Positions 22,874 through 36,110 of a DNA stretch of 64,000 nucleotides are shown here, in pieces. The stretch covers positions 35,914,284-35,978,283 of the forward strand of contig NC_069003.1 of assembly GCF_001194135.2 (NCBI RefSeq), read 5' to 3'. Position numbers and translations under genes: made by a program. Every line of letters begins with the position of its first letter. Position 1 is the first letter of the stretch. The notes beneath the pieces are model-generated. The model was not told the DNA's origin. It ran no database searches and saw only the letters and a list, made by a program, of their open reading frames with translations. The stretch comes from Octopus bimaculoides (lineage: Eukaryota).

Positions 22874-23391
22874 GCAGGCTTTTTGTAAATATTTTTCCTT
22901 CTATTAACCACAATTTGATCCTGCCGTAATCTGATAAAGTTTGCCGAATAAAATCCCGTGTTATTGTCAATGGTTTTAACGTCTGTACAATCTGGTTTCA
23001 AATGGCGTGAACATGTATTTGTGCGTTTGATTTGGTTTATCTTGTTTTGTGAGTAAATAGTTTTGTATGAATATAAACAAATGAATTGACAGATATAGGA
23101 ATTAAATAGCAATAAATAAATAGATAGTTAGATAGATAAATAAATAAATACATAAATAAATAAACTGGTGTAAATAAATAGGTGTTTGGAAGGAATATAT
23201 TATTGTGTGAGGTAGATTGTCGACATGTTTTGTGTAAAGTTTGTAATGTAACTAAATCAAACTATTTTTACATCGTATAATCTCCACTTGTTGTCCCCTC
23301 CCACTACCTCTCATTCTAATTCTTATTGTTTTCCGGATTTTTCCAGTGTGTGTGTGCGTGCGTGAGTGTGTATGTGTAAGTCCTTCTAAAC

Positions 23392-23421
23392 GAGGCGCGG
23401 AAGTCCGCTGAGTGTGACGTA
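23392..23421. promoter_or_regulatory. Candidate promoter motifs (ETS-type CGGAAGT and CRE-like TGACGT)
   Basis: CpG-rich patch about 520 bp upstream of the candidate ATG; motif matches only. Confidence 0.3.
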
Positions 23422-25157
23422 CTTGTCAATTCAAGTGTGTAAATATTGACTTTTGAATCAATTGTTGTTGTAGATGATGACAATTGTTTATTTAAACAGG
23501 ATTTTAGCGAAGTGGAGCCCAGATTCAAGTTAACAATGCTGACATTATCATAGTGGCGACACGGATATTGTGAAGATATAAATATAAGAGACGAGTCATT
23601 TTTGGAATGGTCCTTTAAGTTTCAGCAGCCTGCAACTTTAAACTGTCGCTATCATCGCTCCTTAGGCTAAGACTTGCGGGTAAATGTAAAATCTCAACAG
23701 CATCATAGCAAGGAGTGTGACCTAAACACTGGTCTTTCTCTTCTGGTTACCAAACTAATGTTGGGTCTCAGGGAAGGACAAACGTTCTAAGTGAATGCAA
23801 TTCTGTGCAGTATTTCACTGTCTGCAACCAGTTCCATAGGAACTTCCTAAAACTATGGTGACCCACGTGGCTGTCTCTTCCATTGCTACTACTCTTTAAG
23901 GTATACCATCGGGCTAGAGATGGTATATTGCTTAATCTCCCACTGAACGTATTCGGCTTTAAAGCTATTCATCTTCCCTGAGATATAGAATCTCTAAGCA
24001 ATTTCTTCAGTTTTTTCCAAAGATGCCATAGATGTACGGTGAAATTTACACCTCATGATAGTGTCGAAATGATTGATTTTGCGGCTTATGTTGGTTAATT
24101 CATTGTTAGGTTGACTACAGGTGTTATAGCCAATGTAAACTGACAGGTGTCATCGAGTAGGTTGTGCCACAATTCTAACATCGTCGATAAATGATTTGTT
24201 TCTTACTTTCCTTAACTTTCATAAAAAGAAAAAAGTGATGTTTACTAATATTTCAAGAATTTAAAAACAATATATAATCGCTGTTCCGTTGGATATTTTA
24301 AAGTTGTATTTACGTATTATTACGTATTACGTTTTCTGTTCTGTCGGAGTGGCTTTACTACAAAGGTTACTGGGTGCAGCTTGATGAAGCTGGAAATATG
24401 TTTACATTCTGTCGTACATTTCAATAGGATTTGGATCTCTTCAGGCATTCAGCAAGCATTTACGTTAGAGACAATTTATGCCTCTATGACCGCGGTTAAC
24501 GGCGCTATTTTGGAAGTAGATGTGCATGTTTTCCTTTGTAGAAATTTATGTAATTGTTCTTCGAAGAATTCAAGCCCATCTCAAACAAAACTTCTTAGTT
24601 CGATTCAAGGCAGTTCCAGACCTTTGTGAATGGTATGTATGTACGTACGTATATATGTATATGTCTGAATATATAAATGTGCTTATATGTAAAGAAATTG
24701 AAGGCTACGCTTTAGCTGCTGTTCTCTCTAGCAAACAAAACACGGATTATTTAACAAAGCAGTTAGTATTCCACATTATGCCTCTGTATTGTACTTTTCG
24801 TTCTTCAACATATCATACACGGTAGCCCTACCTCTAAATTTAGGGCAAATACACTTGAGTCACCCTTTGTATGATCTCACCGCCCCCTCTCTCCATCCTT
24901 CTCTTTTCTCCCTCCCTCTCATACATATAAACACACGCGCACATATTTACATACTTCTATCTGTAAGTACATAATTGTGTAGACAAGCACATACGCGTGT
25001 ATGTATATATGTCAGCAACATTACATTTTATCTACTCTGTCAATGAATGATAATTTTATTTACATCACTCGCTCTCAAGTTTCTATATTTCTTTTCTTTA
25101 CCCCAAATGGTCTTTTTAGTTGCATGTACGTGTGTGTGTGTGTATACACACACACAT

Positions 25158-25213
<56 letters not shown>

Positions 25214-25494
25214 CACTTTAATTGAAATACAGTTTCCTCAAAATTAAACATATCTAAGATAATAAATGTGAATGTCAGTGTGTCACACTTTTTCAACTTT
25301 ACTCCTAGAGGCCGTAGCCCAGCATATCATACCATTTTGGAATCAGGCTGACTCCGTGAATAAATTAAGAACATTCCAGGCCGAATCCGGACCTGCGATC
25401 CTGAAATTTTGGATTCCTATGTTTGCATTACTGCGATTGTTTTCGGCGATTTTTTTTTACATGATATTTTGCAACGAATAATGTAATCTATATT

Positions 25495-25562
25495 TATCAA
25501 GGTTAAGAACAATAATCCTACTTTTCGGATCCTTTTTTTATTTATTGTACTTAACCTTGATA
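25495..25562. repeat. Short inverted repeat (21-bp arms, one mismatch)
   Basis: tatcaaggttaagaacaataa ... ttattgtacttaaccttgata. Confidence 0.75.
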
Positions 25563-27870
25563 TCTTGTGTCACTTCTATCTTATATCCTAGATGTATAGA
25601 AGGTCAATGAGGTAGAAATCGAATAAAAATAAAACATGGGGTTGTTAAAAGCTGGTTAATATAATAGTTTTAGCTTTTACTTGGTTCCCCGTGACTCTTA
25701 ACCCTATTTTCCAATGAACATGTATATAACAATACATCCAACACCTACAGTCGCATTTTCTAGGGGTGGGTACCAGATTAACCGACATTAAAGTACGGAT
25801 TAGAAAAACTGGATGGCTTAAACCACCAATATTCCCGGTTGTACTCTGCAAGTAGATGATCTCTAAAACTCACAGTAACTTTAAGCCGATGCTATTTCCC
25901 AACAGGTAGTACACAAATCCCTAATTAGTAGGCGAGTGACTACTTCTTTGAAGTCACACTTGCAAGATTACAACTTCAAATTAAGCACATCTCCTGCTTC
26001 AGTATCCTTTTGAATTTACCCCCAATGAATCCTTTCTCAAATTTAGTGTAGATCTTCGCCGGAGTTTTTATACAATAAATCTTAACTTAAATTCTTGCAC
26101 GTGATTATTTTTCAAGAAGAAACCCGATTCTTACAACTGGTAGATGTATACAGAACTGTATACATTCATCAGAAGATGTATACAAAACTGAACTGAGTTG
26201 CATTCCATGAAGTTTACAATGGGAAAATTTGAAGTTTAACAGATCTACATTAGCAATTAATGTATCACTTGTTCTTCTCTTTGCTTACTATCTTATAAGT
26301 TTAATATTTCCAATTTATTTATTCTAAAATTTAAAAACAAATTGTCTGAATATGTAAGCTTTACATGTATATTTGTACCTAATAACATCTGCTGACGGCC
26401 AAAAATAATAATCTTTCTATAAACATACTTATAAGTTATAATTCTTCCACTGATTCGCTAATCATTTTAACCACAAGTTAAAACCTACATTTTAAACACC
26501 CCCTCTTTCACATAAGATATAAATGAGCCGTTAAATGTTACTTTATGAATCTATAAACACCTACTGCTGTCAGATAATACGGATTACAAAGGCAAAAGCA
26601 ACACTATATTTAAGTGAGGTTACTTACTATCTACCTTATAATCATATTTCCTGTTTGTAACGCATTTAAATAGTCCTACCTCAGAATATATAACCAACAA
26701 GCACAGGTACGGAGAAACTCAATTCTTTTTTTTTTTTTCATTAAAAACCACGAAACAGCATCCATCTAAATCTCGGGGTGACAACTAAGGACATGTTTCG
26801 ACTTTATTGCACTTCGTTGGTGGAACAGTTGAACTTGAACCTGGTTGAACAGTCATCAAAGGATTTTGCATATAGAAAAATAGTAAGAAAACCTTTGGCT
26901 AGAAGTAATCGATAAAATTAAAGGAAAAAGGAAAATGGAGCACAAACCAATTGATTTTTTGAGATGTATTCTCAAAATAAAAACTGTGGGTCAAGGCTAT
27001 ATGAACGTTTTTCTTGATGCTGTCCAAACTGAGATAGTTATAACAAGCCCCCCCTTCCCCCACCCAGATCTCTTTATAGGAAGACCAAGTGAATCTGTTT
27101 TACTTATATTAGTAGTTATGATTTTAAAAGACTATCAATGATGGAAGGGGTCCTTATTGATATATGTTAGTTTTCCGCGAGGTTTATAAAATGGTTTGTA
27201 TGAAGAATGATTCAAAGCCCTCTATTCTCTGTCTTCTTGCAGGTGTTTGCTGAAATCATTGATGGTTTTTTTTTCTGCATTTTATCCTGTTAAATCATTA
27301 TCATTGTCAAAGCGGTGCAACTAACTCTATATTTCTTCCTACAATTTACTGAAATTGGTAGAGGAAACAATACATCATTGTCTAACACCAACTGTTGTTT
27401 TAAACCGATGTTTTGCATGTTCAACCAAGAATGTTTTAGCATTTACTAATGGAAGACTGATGTTTTCCGTAGTACATGGGCTGTACTCATCGAGGTTATC
27501 TTTTGTAGTTCACCGAGTTACCAGGACGTGGCTTAATATACTTCTCAGCTCCCTTATTATTATTATTATTATTATTATTCAGTATAATTACTCAACATTT
27601 TACCATTAGAATCGGTAATTGGAGCATAGATTTAGATGAATAGGATATTAAGATATGGCAGAGTTTAGTTGCCATTCTTAATGCGCATATTATGCTGGAA
27701 ATCGGTGCGCAATATCTCACTGACTTTCATAAAGTATTGCATACACCCTGACAACTCTTTTCATATTCAATTTCATCTCGGTTTCCTCCCGGCTAAACCG
27801 TATTTTATGCCTTTTCCCCTTCGGTTCACCACATTTTGTTCTAGCTTTCAGCAATCAACACACACACGCA

Positions 27871-28038
27871 CACACACGATAGGCTTCTTTCAGTTTCCGT
27901 CTACCAAACCCACTCACAAGGCTTTGGCCGGCTTGGGACTATAGTAGATGACACTTGCCCTGATACTGCGCAGTAGGGCTGAACCCGAAGCCATGTGATT
28001 GGGAAGCCAGCTTCTTAGCACACAACCATGGCTACGCC
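27871..28038 (-). mobile_element. tRNA-derived SINE family B, 5' part
   Basis: Reverse complement of the 32147 element head. Confidence 0.75.
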
Positions 28039-28074
28039 TATTTTATATATGTGCATATATATATATGTGTTTAC

Positions 28075-28111
<37 letters not shown>

Positions 28112-28800
28112 TTACATACACACACACACATGGGTGTGTGTGTGTGTCTCCTCGTTCATCAAAGTGAACTCCCCGCCGCCATTATGTATGCATGTATGTG
28201 TGTATGTGAAAGGCACATTGGCCAAAATACTAAAACTGAATCTCTTTCACATATCATGAGTAGATGTCATTCAAAATGAGAAATTTCCCCTTGTTTACTG
28301 TATTTAAGAAAATGGGCGACATGAGGTTCATGTCTTTCCTTGTGTTTCCCAAACCTACCAACCCAAGTCGGTAACTAAATTGCGAAAGCTACAATTAGGA
28401 TTTGAAAGTGGATCTTAGTCTCGCTTCACTGGGTGTTTACCTCGTTTAGTACAGAGCTCGCACACACGCACACACGTGAGAGTTATGTCAGTGTGAGAAT
28501 GTGCTTCTGTGTCGGCATGTGTGACAGAGTGTGTAGGAGAGAGAGAGAGAGAGAGATGGAGAGGATATGGGGAAGCGAGAGGAAACGACGATTGCTAAAA
28601 ATGCTGAAAAACATTTTTTTTTCTTTTCTCTGCCGTTTGTCTGAGGACCAATAACATCTAGGATTGCGCTTAACAAGTGGTTTATGTTGATGTAAAGGAA
28701 CACATCGTGTGAATTAGGTTGAAATAAGCTACTGTCGACAATTCATCTGATTAGCATAGAAAAATTCCTTACCAAAGAAGAAAACAAGTGTTGATAAAAT

Positions 28801-28832
<32 letters not shown>

Positions 28833-28833
28833 A

Positions 28834-28872
<39 letters not shown>

Positions 28873-28874
<2 letters not shown>

Positions 28875-29090
28875 GGCGGCGAGCTAGCAGAATCGTTAGC
28901 ACGCCGGGTGAAATGCTTAGCGGTATTTCGTCTGCTGCTTTGTCCTGAGTTCAAATTCCGCCGAGATCAACTTTGCCTTTCACCCTTTTGGGGTCGATAA
29001 ATTAAATACTAGTTGCGTACCGGGATCGTTGTAATCGACTTAACCCCTCCCCCAAAATGGCTGCCATTGTGGCAAAATTTGAAACTAATA
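28873..29090 (+). mobile_element. SINE family A, near full length
   Basis: A-box-like TAGCAGAATCG and B-box-like GAGTTCAAATTCC; flanked by (ATT)n. Confidence 0.85.
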
Positions 29091-29638
29091 TTATTATTGT
29101 TGTTGCTGCTACTGATTTTTTTTAAATCTCCTTTTTGAGATATTATTAAACTCGACTCTCAATGAAACAAAAAAAGACTCGAATCCAGCGTTATTTTTGA
29201 TAGAGTCTTAGCATAGTAAAAGCTGGATACAAATTTCATTTAAAGCAAAGTTTTCTCTGGTCGATTCAATTCAACAAGATTCCAGGGCACCAATCGATAG
29301 AACGCATTTCTTTAAACTGTACTATTCAATCCCCATGAAAAACATAACTTTGCTGCTGAATTTACTCAGATATTGTAAGCTTATCATGGACAGTCACACA
29401 ACTATAATTACTATAATTAATAGAGAATAGTCTAAAAGCCTCATAGTGGTGTAGTGGCGGTAAACGGGAATGGATGAAGTAATATTCATGCCTAACCCGA
29501 TGACAAGTGACACAAGTAAAGTGAGATTACAACAAGATTGTTAAAACTGGGTGTGAAAATGCTTCGCCGAGAATTTATCTCTTTATCGGCATTCATTATT
29601 ATGTTGCTTTGCACGATCACGATCTATAGCTGAAAGAA

Positions 29639-29682
<44 letters not shown>

Positions 29683-31119
29683 CATACACACACACCCAAG
29701 AATCTCTGCAGGAAAGTGAAATCGAGTTATGTGACATTAATTCTTCAGTTGAGACCACCCTACAACTATTTCGCATGTGAGCACGTACATGCATGCATAC
29801 ATACATACATACATACGTATGTACATACATACATACATACATACATACATACATACATACATACGTATTAAAAACGCGTAAATTCAGTCTCTCTCTCACA
29901 CATACGCAGACACAATACGACTGATTTCTCAGAAGAGCACAAGTCTGTAGTTGAGTGATACAAGCGAGTGAATAGAATCTGCTAAATGTCTGGCAGGACC
30001 GAACTTGTGGCATAATTAGAAGCCCAGGGAAGGAGCTAGACATTAATTAAGTAAATTATAAACAAAGATTTATCAATATGAGACGATATGTAAAAGCATT
30101 GTTTGTGTACGGATATTGTGTACGCAAATAAGAAAATGTTTGCGTACATAATATACGTACACACACACACACACACACACATTTATATACATCCATATAA
30201 ATATACACCTACATACATGCATACGTACACACACATATGGTGGTGTACCAGTATGATTGCAGCCGCAGGGCTGAAACGAATAAAAGTATTCGTTGCCACC
30301 CTTTCTTTTTTTTTTTTTTCATACATTCGCGAAAAATAAAATGTCTCTAAAATAAGCGCAGGCGCCACGTTTAAACATTGTTATATTCTGCGCACCCACC
30401 ACACTTTCCCCAATGAAGTGACGCAGAACAACATACAGTGATAATTCAGCCTGTATGACCATGACCGATGCACTTCGGAGCTGAACTGATGTCACGCAAT
30501 TTAATATTGACAATTATGTGTGCGTGTGTGTGTGTGTGTGCGTGCGTGTGTGTGTGCGTGTGTGCGTGCGTGCGTGGTAAAAAACATTGCACAGAAGGAT
30601 GACAAAGGAACGCACAGAAAATCACACGTGGTGCATGCACATGCTCATCCCTCATCAGTTATCGGCCAGAAATCATCATAATTTCGCGCCACTATCGTCA
30701 AGGAAGAGGCAAGCAGAAAGGTACAATGACATTGTGCCTATCTAACAGCAAAATGTTGGTCATTTCTTTGAGTTATACAATGAACCACATAGACTGATTT
30801 AACATAGTTTCCAATAAGTTGGAAACTTAATACTGACTCACACAACATTTAACAAAGAAGTGGCCACAGCTCTTCAGTCGAAACATGTAAGGGAGTAAAT
30901 GGTTTTATTTGGCGCATTATTTTATCAATTGAATATAACATTTGCTAACCTTATACAGGAAACCGACAGAAATCTGTACTCGTTCCAAAACTGATGAAAA
31001 TATGAAATAAATATAGCGGTTTCTCCGTTTCTACACCCACCCCGCAAAACGATTTTTGCAGACGAAGTTATTATGTCAAATTAAATAATTCCAACATATT
31101 GCTATCTTTTTTATCATGG

Positions 31120-31262
31120 TGTATGGTAAGAAGCTCGCTTTCCAATCACATGGTTCAGGGTTCAGTCCCACCCCGTGGCAAATATCTTCTACTGTAAGTT
31201 CGATCCGACCAAAGCCTTGTGAATGGATTTGGTAGACGGAAACTGAAAGAAACCCGTCGTAA
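31120..31262 (+). mobile_element. SINE family B, 5' part
   Basis: ggtaagaagctcgctttccaatcacatggttcagggttcagtccc...gtagacggaaactgaaagaaacccgtcgt. Confidence 0.75.
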
Positions 31263-31548
31263 TAAAAATATATAAAGTATCCTAAAACATAAGGCCCGAC
31301 GCTTAACTTTTCACCAAGGCATCTCAATATCCTCTTCTAAAGTAAGCAGTTGTGTTGTTATGGTTCTCTTCAAATAAAATAATAAACAAGTGAATAGGAA
31401 AATACTCATCAACATTCGAGTAATTCTATCAGTCACACTCTCCCACTCACCTTTCCCCTCTCGGTTTGCATGTAAGTGTATGCGCGCGCGCACATTCATT
31501 TAAATATAAAGTTGTACGTCTATACTAACTATAAATATCAATTCTAAT

Positions 31549-31758
31549 ATATTGGCACAAGGCCAGTAATTTGGAGGGGGAGAGCGGTAAGTCGGTTACA
31601 TCGACTCCAGATTTCAACTGGTACTTATTTTATCACCCCCCACTAAAGGATGAAAGTCAAAGTCGACTTCGACGGAATTTGAACTCACAACAAAGACGGG
31701 CGAAATACCGCTGAGCATTTTGCCCGGCGTGCTAACCATTCTGCCAGCTCTCCGCCTT
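31549..31758 (-). mobile_element. SINE family A
   Basis: Reverse complement of the family A sequence. Confidence 0.8.
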
Positions 31759-32146
31759 ATCAATTCTACTATATTATGCACTGTTTGTTTTATCTCGAGC
31801 TTTCCCTCCTTCATGTCATAAACATGTCTGGTATGTTTTCAAAGCGTCTAAATGTAATTAACACCTGTAATTTCATTCTAACTCCTGATGAGTTTTTTTT
31901 CCAGCAGAAGCTTTTAAATGTGTAATACATTTATAATCCTCCCATACAGCCTCCACTGCTCAAAGGTTGAAAAGTGGTATTAAATCTCGTATCGTTATTT
32001 TAACACAACAGGGTTCTTCAGACACACAGTATGGTGGAAAATTTGATAGGATTTTGTTGGCTATTAAATATTCTTTTCCGGAAAATGCTTGCCTTTCCTG
32101 AACTCAACATAACACACACACTTTATATATATATATATATATACAT

Positions 32147-32557
32147 AGGCGTAGGAGTGGCTGTGTGGTAAGTAGCTTGCTTACAAACCACATGGTCCCG
32201 GGTTCAGTCCCACTGCGTGGCATCTTGGGCAAGTGCCTTCTACTATAGCCTCGGGCCGACCAATGCCTTGTGAGTGGATTTGGTAGACGGAAACTGAAAG
32301 AAGCCTGTCGTATATATGTATATATATATATATGTATGTGTGTATGTGTTTGTATGTCTGTGTTTGTCCCCCCAACATCGCTTGACAACCGATGCTGGTG
32401 TGTTTATGTCCCCGTAACTTAGCGGTTCGGCAAAAGAGACCGAAAGAATAAGTACTAGGCTTCCAAAGAATAAGTCCTGGGGTCGATTTGCTCGACTAAA
32501 GGCGGTGCTCCAGCATGGCCACAGTCAAAAGACTGAAACAAGTAAAAGAGTAAAGGA

Positions 32558-32558
<1 letters not shown>
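32147..32558 (+). mobile_element. tRNA-derived SINE family B, full length
   Basis: A-box-like TGGCTGTGTGG, B-box-like GGTTCAGTCCC, internal (TA/TG)n, (TAAAAGAG)-type tail; lies between (TA)n tracts; paralogous to 39850. Confidence 0.88.
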
Positions 32559-32597
<39 letters not shown>

Positions 32598-33123
32598 TGT
32601 TACTAATTTCACTTAATTGTCTATTTTGGAACTCCAGCTTCAAGCTTTTTCCTACTGTGTGACACAGCTGGATGTTCAGCCAGTGGTTGGTAGGAATGAT
32701 GTGGCGATGACCACTCGGTCTGCTATTGAAATTATTTAGGTTATATTTGTTCATAGACAAGCACGCAGACGATATTTTGAATGTCCGGTTTAATATATTA
32801 ACATCTCAAATCAAAACATTTAACTATTCTGCAAAACAAAGGCTACTTAACCTCCCCCACCAAATCCGGCGACTGTACATCAACCAAAACAAACTCGAGT
32901 CATTTTTAGTTTTCTCCAGGTTGACTTCAAGGTTTACGTTTCTGCACATTGAATGGTATCTGCGCCTTTGGAGCTAGTCACGTGAGCATTAACAGCTACC
33001 TTAAGAGAAAATGGCTCCAAACGGAAGTCTTCATACCACTTTGTCAAAAAATCAACACTGTAAGCCATCGGCTTTCTCTACTGTTCTTTATGGAATTTAT
33101 GTCATACTTACTCAACTCATAAG

Positions 33124-33280
33124 TACCACTTTAAAATCCCTCTAAACATACGTGTCTATAAACTGCTTGTCACACGACTCTATCTTATAGGCATTACTAT
33201 TCTTAATAGTAATGCGTATTTGATAGAGCCGTGACAAGCAATCTATAGACACGTATGTTTAGAGGGATTTAAAAATGGTA
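33124..33280. repeat. Palindromic foldback element (about 77-bp arms, 3-nt loop), probable MITE
   Basis: aaatccctctaaacatacgtgtctata...gcattactatt-ctt-aatagtaatgc...tatagacacgtatgtttagagggattt. Confidence 0.88.
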
Positions 33281-34442
33281 TTTATGTCTGTTATAATGAC
33301 ATATATATTCATCTCTGTTCAAATAGGAGGGAAGGCATTTTACTTGTGCTATTAACATTTGATGCGGCAAATAGATTACGAACTATGCAGCAAATAATTT
33401 TACACTCTAAGCTGAAATTCTCAAATCCTAGTAATCTCTATTTTATTGCTTTAAACCTTTAAAAGGTAAATTATTTCAGTCTACTGAATCAGTCTGGTCA
33501 GTTGAGTGCGTTTCCATCCACATCCACCAACAGATGGCACAGACAGCAGAGCTGCTTCATTACATCTCTCTTAAATAATTCATACAAATCTCCAAAGATT
33601 AAGGATTCCATCACTTTGCAGTCATAAAACAATCCCTTGGACGGTTATTCACTTCTGTGGTCTACACTTTTTACCATTTCCTTCCAATCAGTTTTTTGTT
33701 TGTTTGTTTTGCTTTATTTATTTTTTTTTTTTTTTTTTTTNNNNNNNNNNNNNNNNNNNNNNNNNNNNNNNNNNNNNNNNNNNNNNNNNNNNNNNNNNNN
33801 NNNNNNNNNNNNNNNNNNNNNNNNNNNNNNNNNNNNNNNNNNNNNNNNNNNNNNNNNNNNNNNNNNNNNNNNNNNNNNNNNNNNNNNNNNNNNNNNNNNN
33901 NNNNNNNNNNNNNNNNNNNNNNNNNNNNNNNNNNNNNNNNNNNNNNNNNNNNNNNNNNNNNNNNNNNNNNNNNNNNNNNNNNNNNNNNNNNNNNNNNNNN
34001 NNNNNNNNNNNNNNNNNNNNNNNNNNNNNNNNNNNNNCCCCCATTTTGTTTCGTTGGGTTAAATTGCAACATTCCGTAGCGGTAAGCTATCTGCAGAATT
34101 TTTGATCGGATTTCAATTCCTAATTAGACCCGTTTCACTTAGGCTGCTAATGTACTCTACAGCTGGTGTTTCATGTATCTAGAAGCTATCCTTTTAAAAG
34201 ATGGGTGTGGTGATAGAAACACAGGAGCAACTTTATTGTCAGAAACCAATACAGTTTTCTGACATTCAGTTCCACCCATTGAAAACACAAAGATTTTAAG
34301 GTAACATTCCGACTTTCGACTTGCACTGGCTGCATTGGTTTATAATCATTGAACCTTGAGAAAATGGAATCCCATAATTTCATTATATTTATATGATGTG
34401 AAAACATTATCTAGAACGTACGTATGTTTTATATAGCATGAA

Positions 34443-34495
<53 letters not shown>

Positions 34496-34889
34496 TTCCA
34501 AGTTTCAAACTGTTAAAAACAAATTATTTTTAAAAATCTGTGATTGAGATGGAATAGATCCAAAATTATTATTAATATAAATAATAATTATAATTATTTT
34601 TGATGTCTGGCGGAGTGGATAGGTAGAATAAGGATGTCGGACAAAATACCATCCAGTATTTATTGACGGATTTTTATGTTCTGAGTTCAAATTCCGCTTA
34701 AGTCAATTTCACTTTCATTTTTTCAATGTTTGTATTAGATACTGCGGTTGATTTAATCAATGATAACTTCTCTACAAATTTACAATATTGCACCAATGAG
34801 TGAAACAGTAATTAATCAGTTATAACCTACTTTTAAAATGTGTGACCTTGTACCAAAGATATTGTTGTTGTAGTTATTATAATAGATAA

Positions 34890-35115
34890 CATGGCGGCGA
34901 GCTGACAGAATCGTTGGCACACCGGGCAAAATGCTTGGCGGTCTTTATGGTCTTTACGTCCGTCTTTACGTTCTAAGTTCAAATTCCACCGAGGTCGACT
35001 TTGCCCTTCATTCTTTCGAGATCGATAAATTAAGTACCAGCGAAACACTGGGTCGATGCAATTGACTAGTCTCCTCCCCAAAATGTCAGGCTTTGTGCCT
35101 ATAGTAGAAAGGATT
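34890..35115 (+). mobile_element. SINE family A
   Basis: ggcggcgagctgacagaatcgttggcacaccgggc...; a more degraded copy precedes it at ~34600-34790. Confidence 0.8.
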
Positions 35116-35689
35116 ATAATAAGTAATGTGGCACGTCTATAGAAATGGTAGATCAACAGCCTAACTGCCTTTATAACTTCTAATTTTGACTGCCTGAGTT
35201 TTGAGCTAAAATTTTAATGAGGCTGGTTCTGCTTTTCACCCATTTGAGAGTCGACAAAACATGCACCAGTCAAATGTTGGAATCGAGTTAATGGACTGCA
35301 CAAACCCTTTGAAAGAATGGGGGTTGATATGAAGACAAAAGAAATCAATAATTATCGATATATATTGCAGCAGTTTGTGGGTATTGGCATTGATATGTTT
35401 GGTGCCCATTTCATAAGTTGTGTGTGTATTTTTTTATTTAGTTTTTTTCCTCCCTGAGGAGTTGGGGATTCCTTTTCTCTCAAATAATATCAAGAAAGAC
35501 AGTAAAATATTCCAAAAAATTCAGATTATATAACTCTTTTCGTCATTCTGTCTAATTATACATGCTTTAGTGGATTTAATGTTGCCATCTGTGATATTCT
35601 ATAGAAAGTAACATTATGTAATAAAGAAACAGACCGAGATACGAGATAATGAAAGAATAACAAGTTTTAAAACTAAAAGAAGTAAAAGA

Positions 35690-36110
35690 ATGATATAAAG
35701 AAAATAGAAGGGTGGAAATGAGAGAAAGAAAAGAGACACAAAAAAAGAGATAAAAAATTAAAAGGAACGGGAGAAATTTGATGAAAGGGAAAAAATATGG
35801 GTAAAAGAAGTTTGTAAAAAAGAGAAAATGGAAGGGAATGAAATAAAGACGAAAGAAAGTAGAAAATAAAGACAACAAAAGAAGAAAGATGAAATAAAAG
35901 AGGAGAAAAGAAAAACAAGCAGAAGGAATGGGGTAAAGAGTTTAGAAAAGTAACTGAAGGAGAATAATTAATTGAAATAAAAGAATTAATGGAAAGAATG
36001 CAAATATGTAAAAAAGAAAAAGTTTCAAGAAAAAAAAATTAAAAGTAAAGATGAAAATCTTAACAAAAAAACTTGAAATAAATCAAATTCTGAAGTGTTA
36101 ATTTACTTGC
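35690..36110. repeat. Purine-rich low-complexity tract (degenerate GAAA/GAA)
   Basis: Very strong A/G bias on the plus strand. Confidence 0.75.

Noticed and set aside
34186-34407. Cys-containing complex segment resembling a decayed exon
   Set aside because: All three frames are interrupted or unrecognisable, with no consistent splice-site pair or domain pattern.
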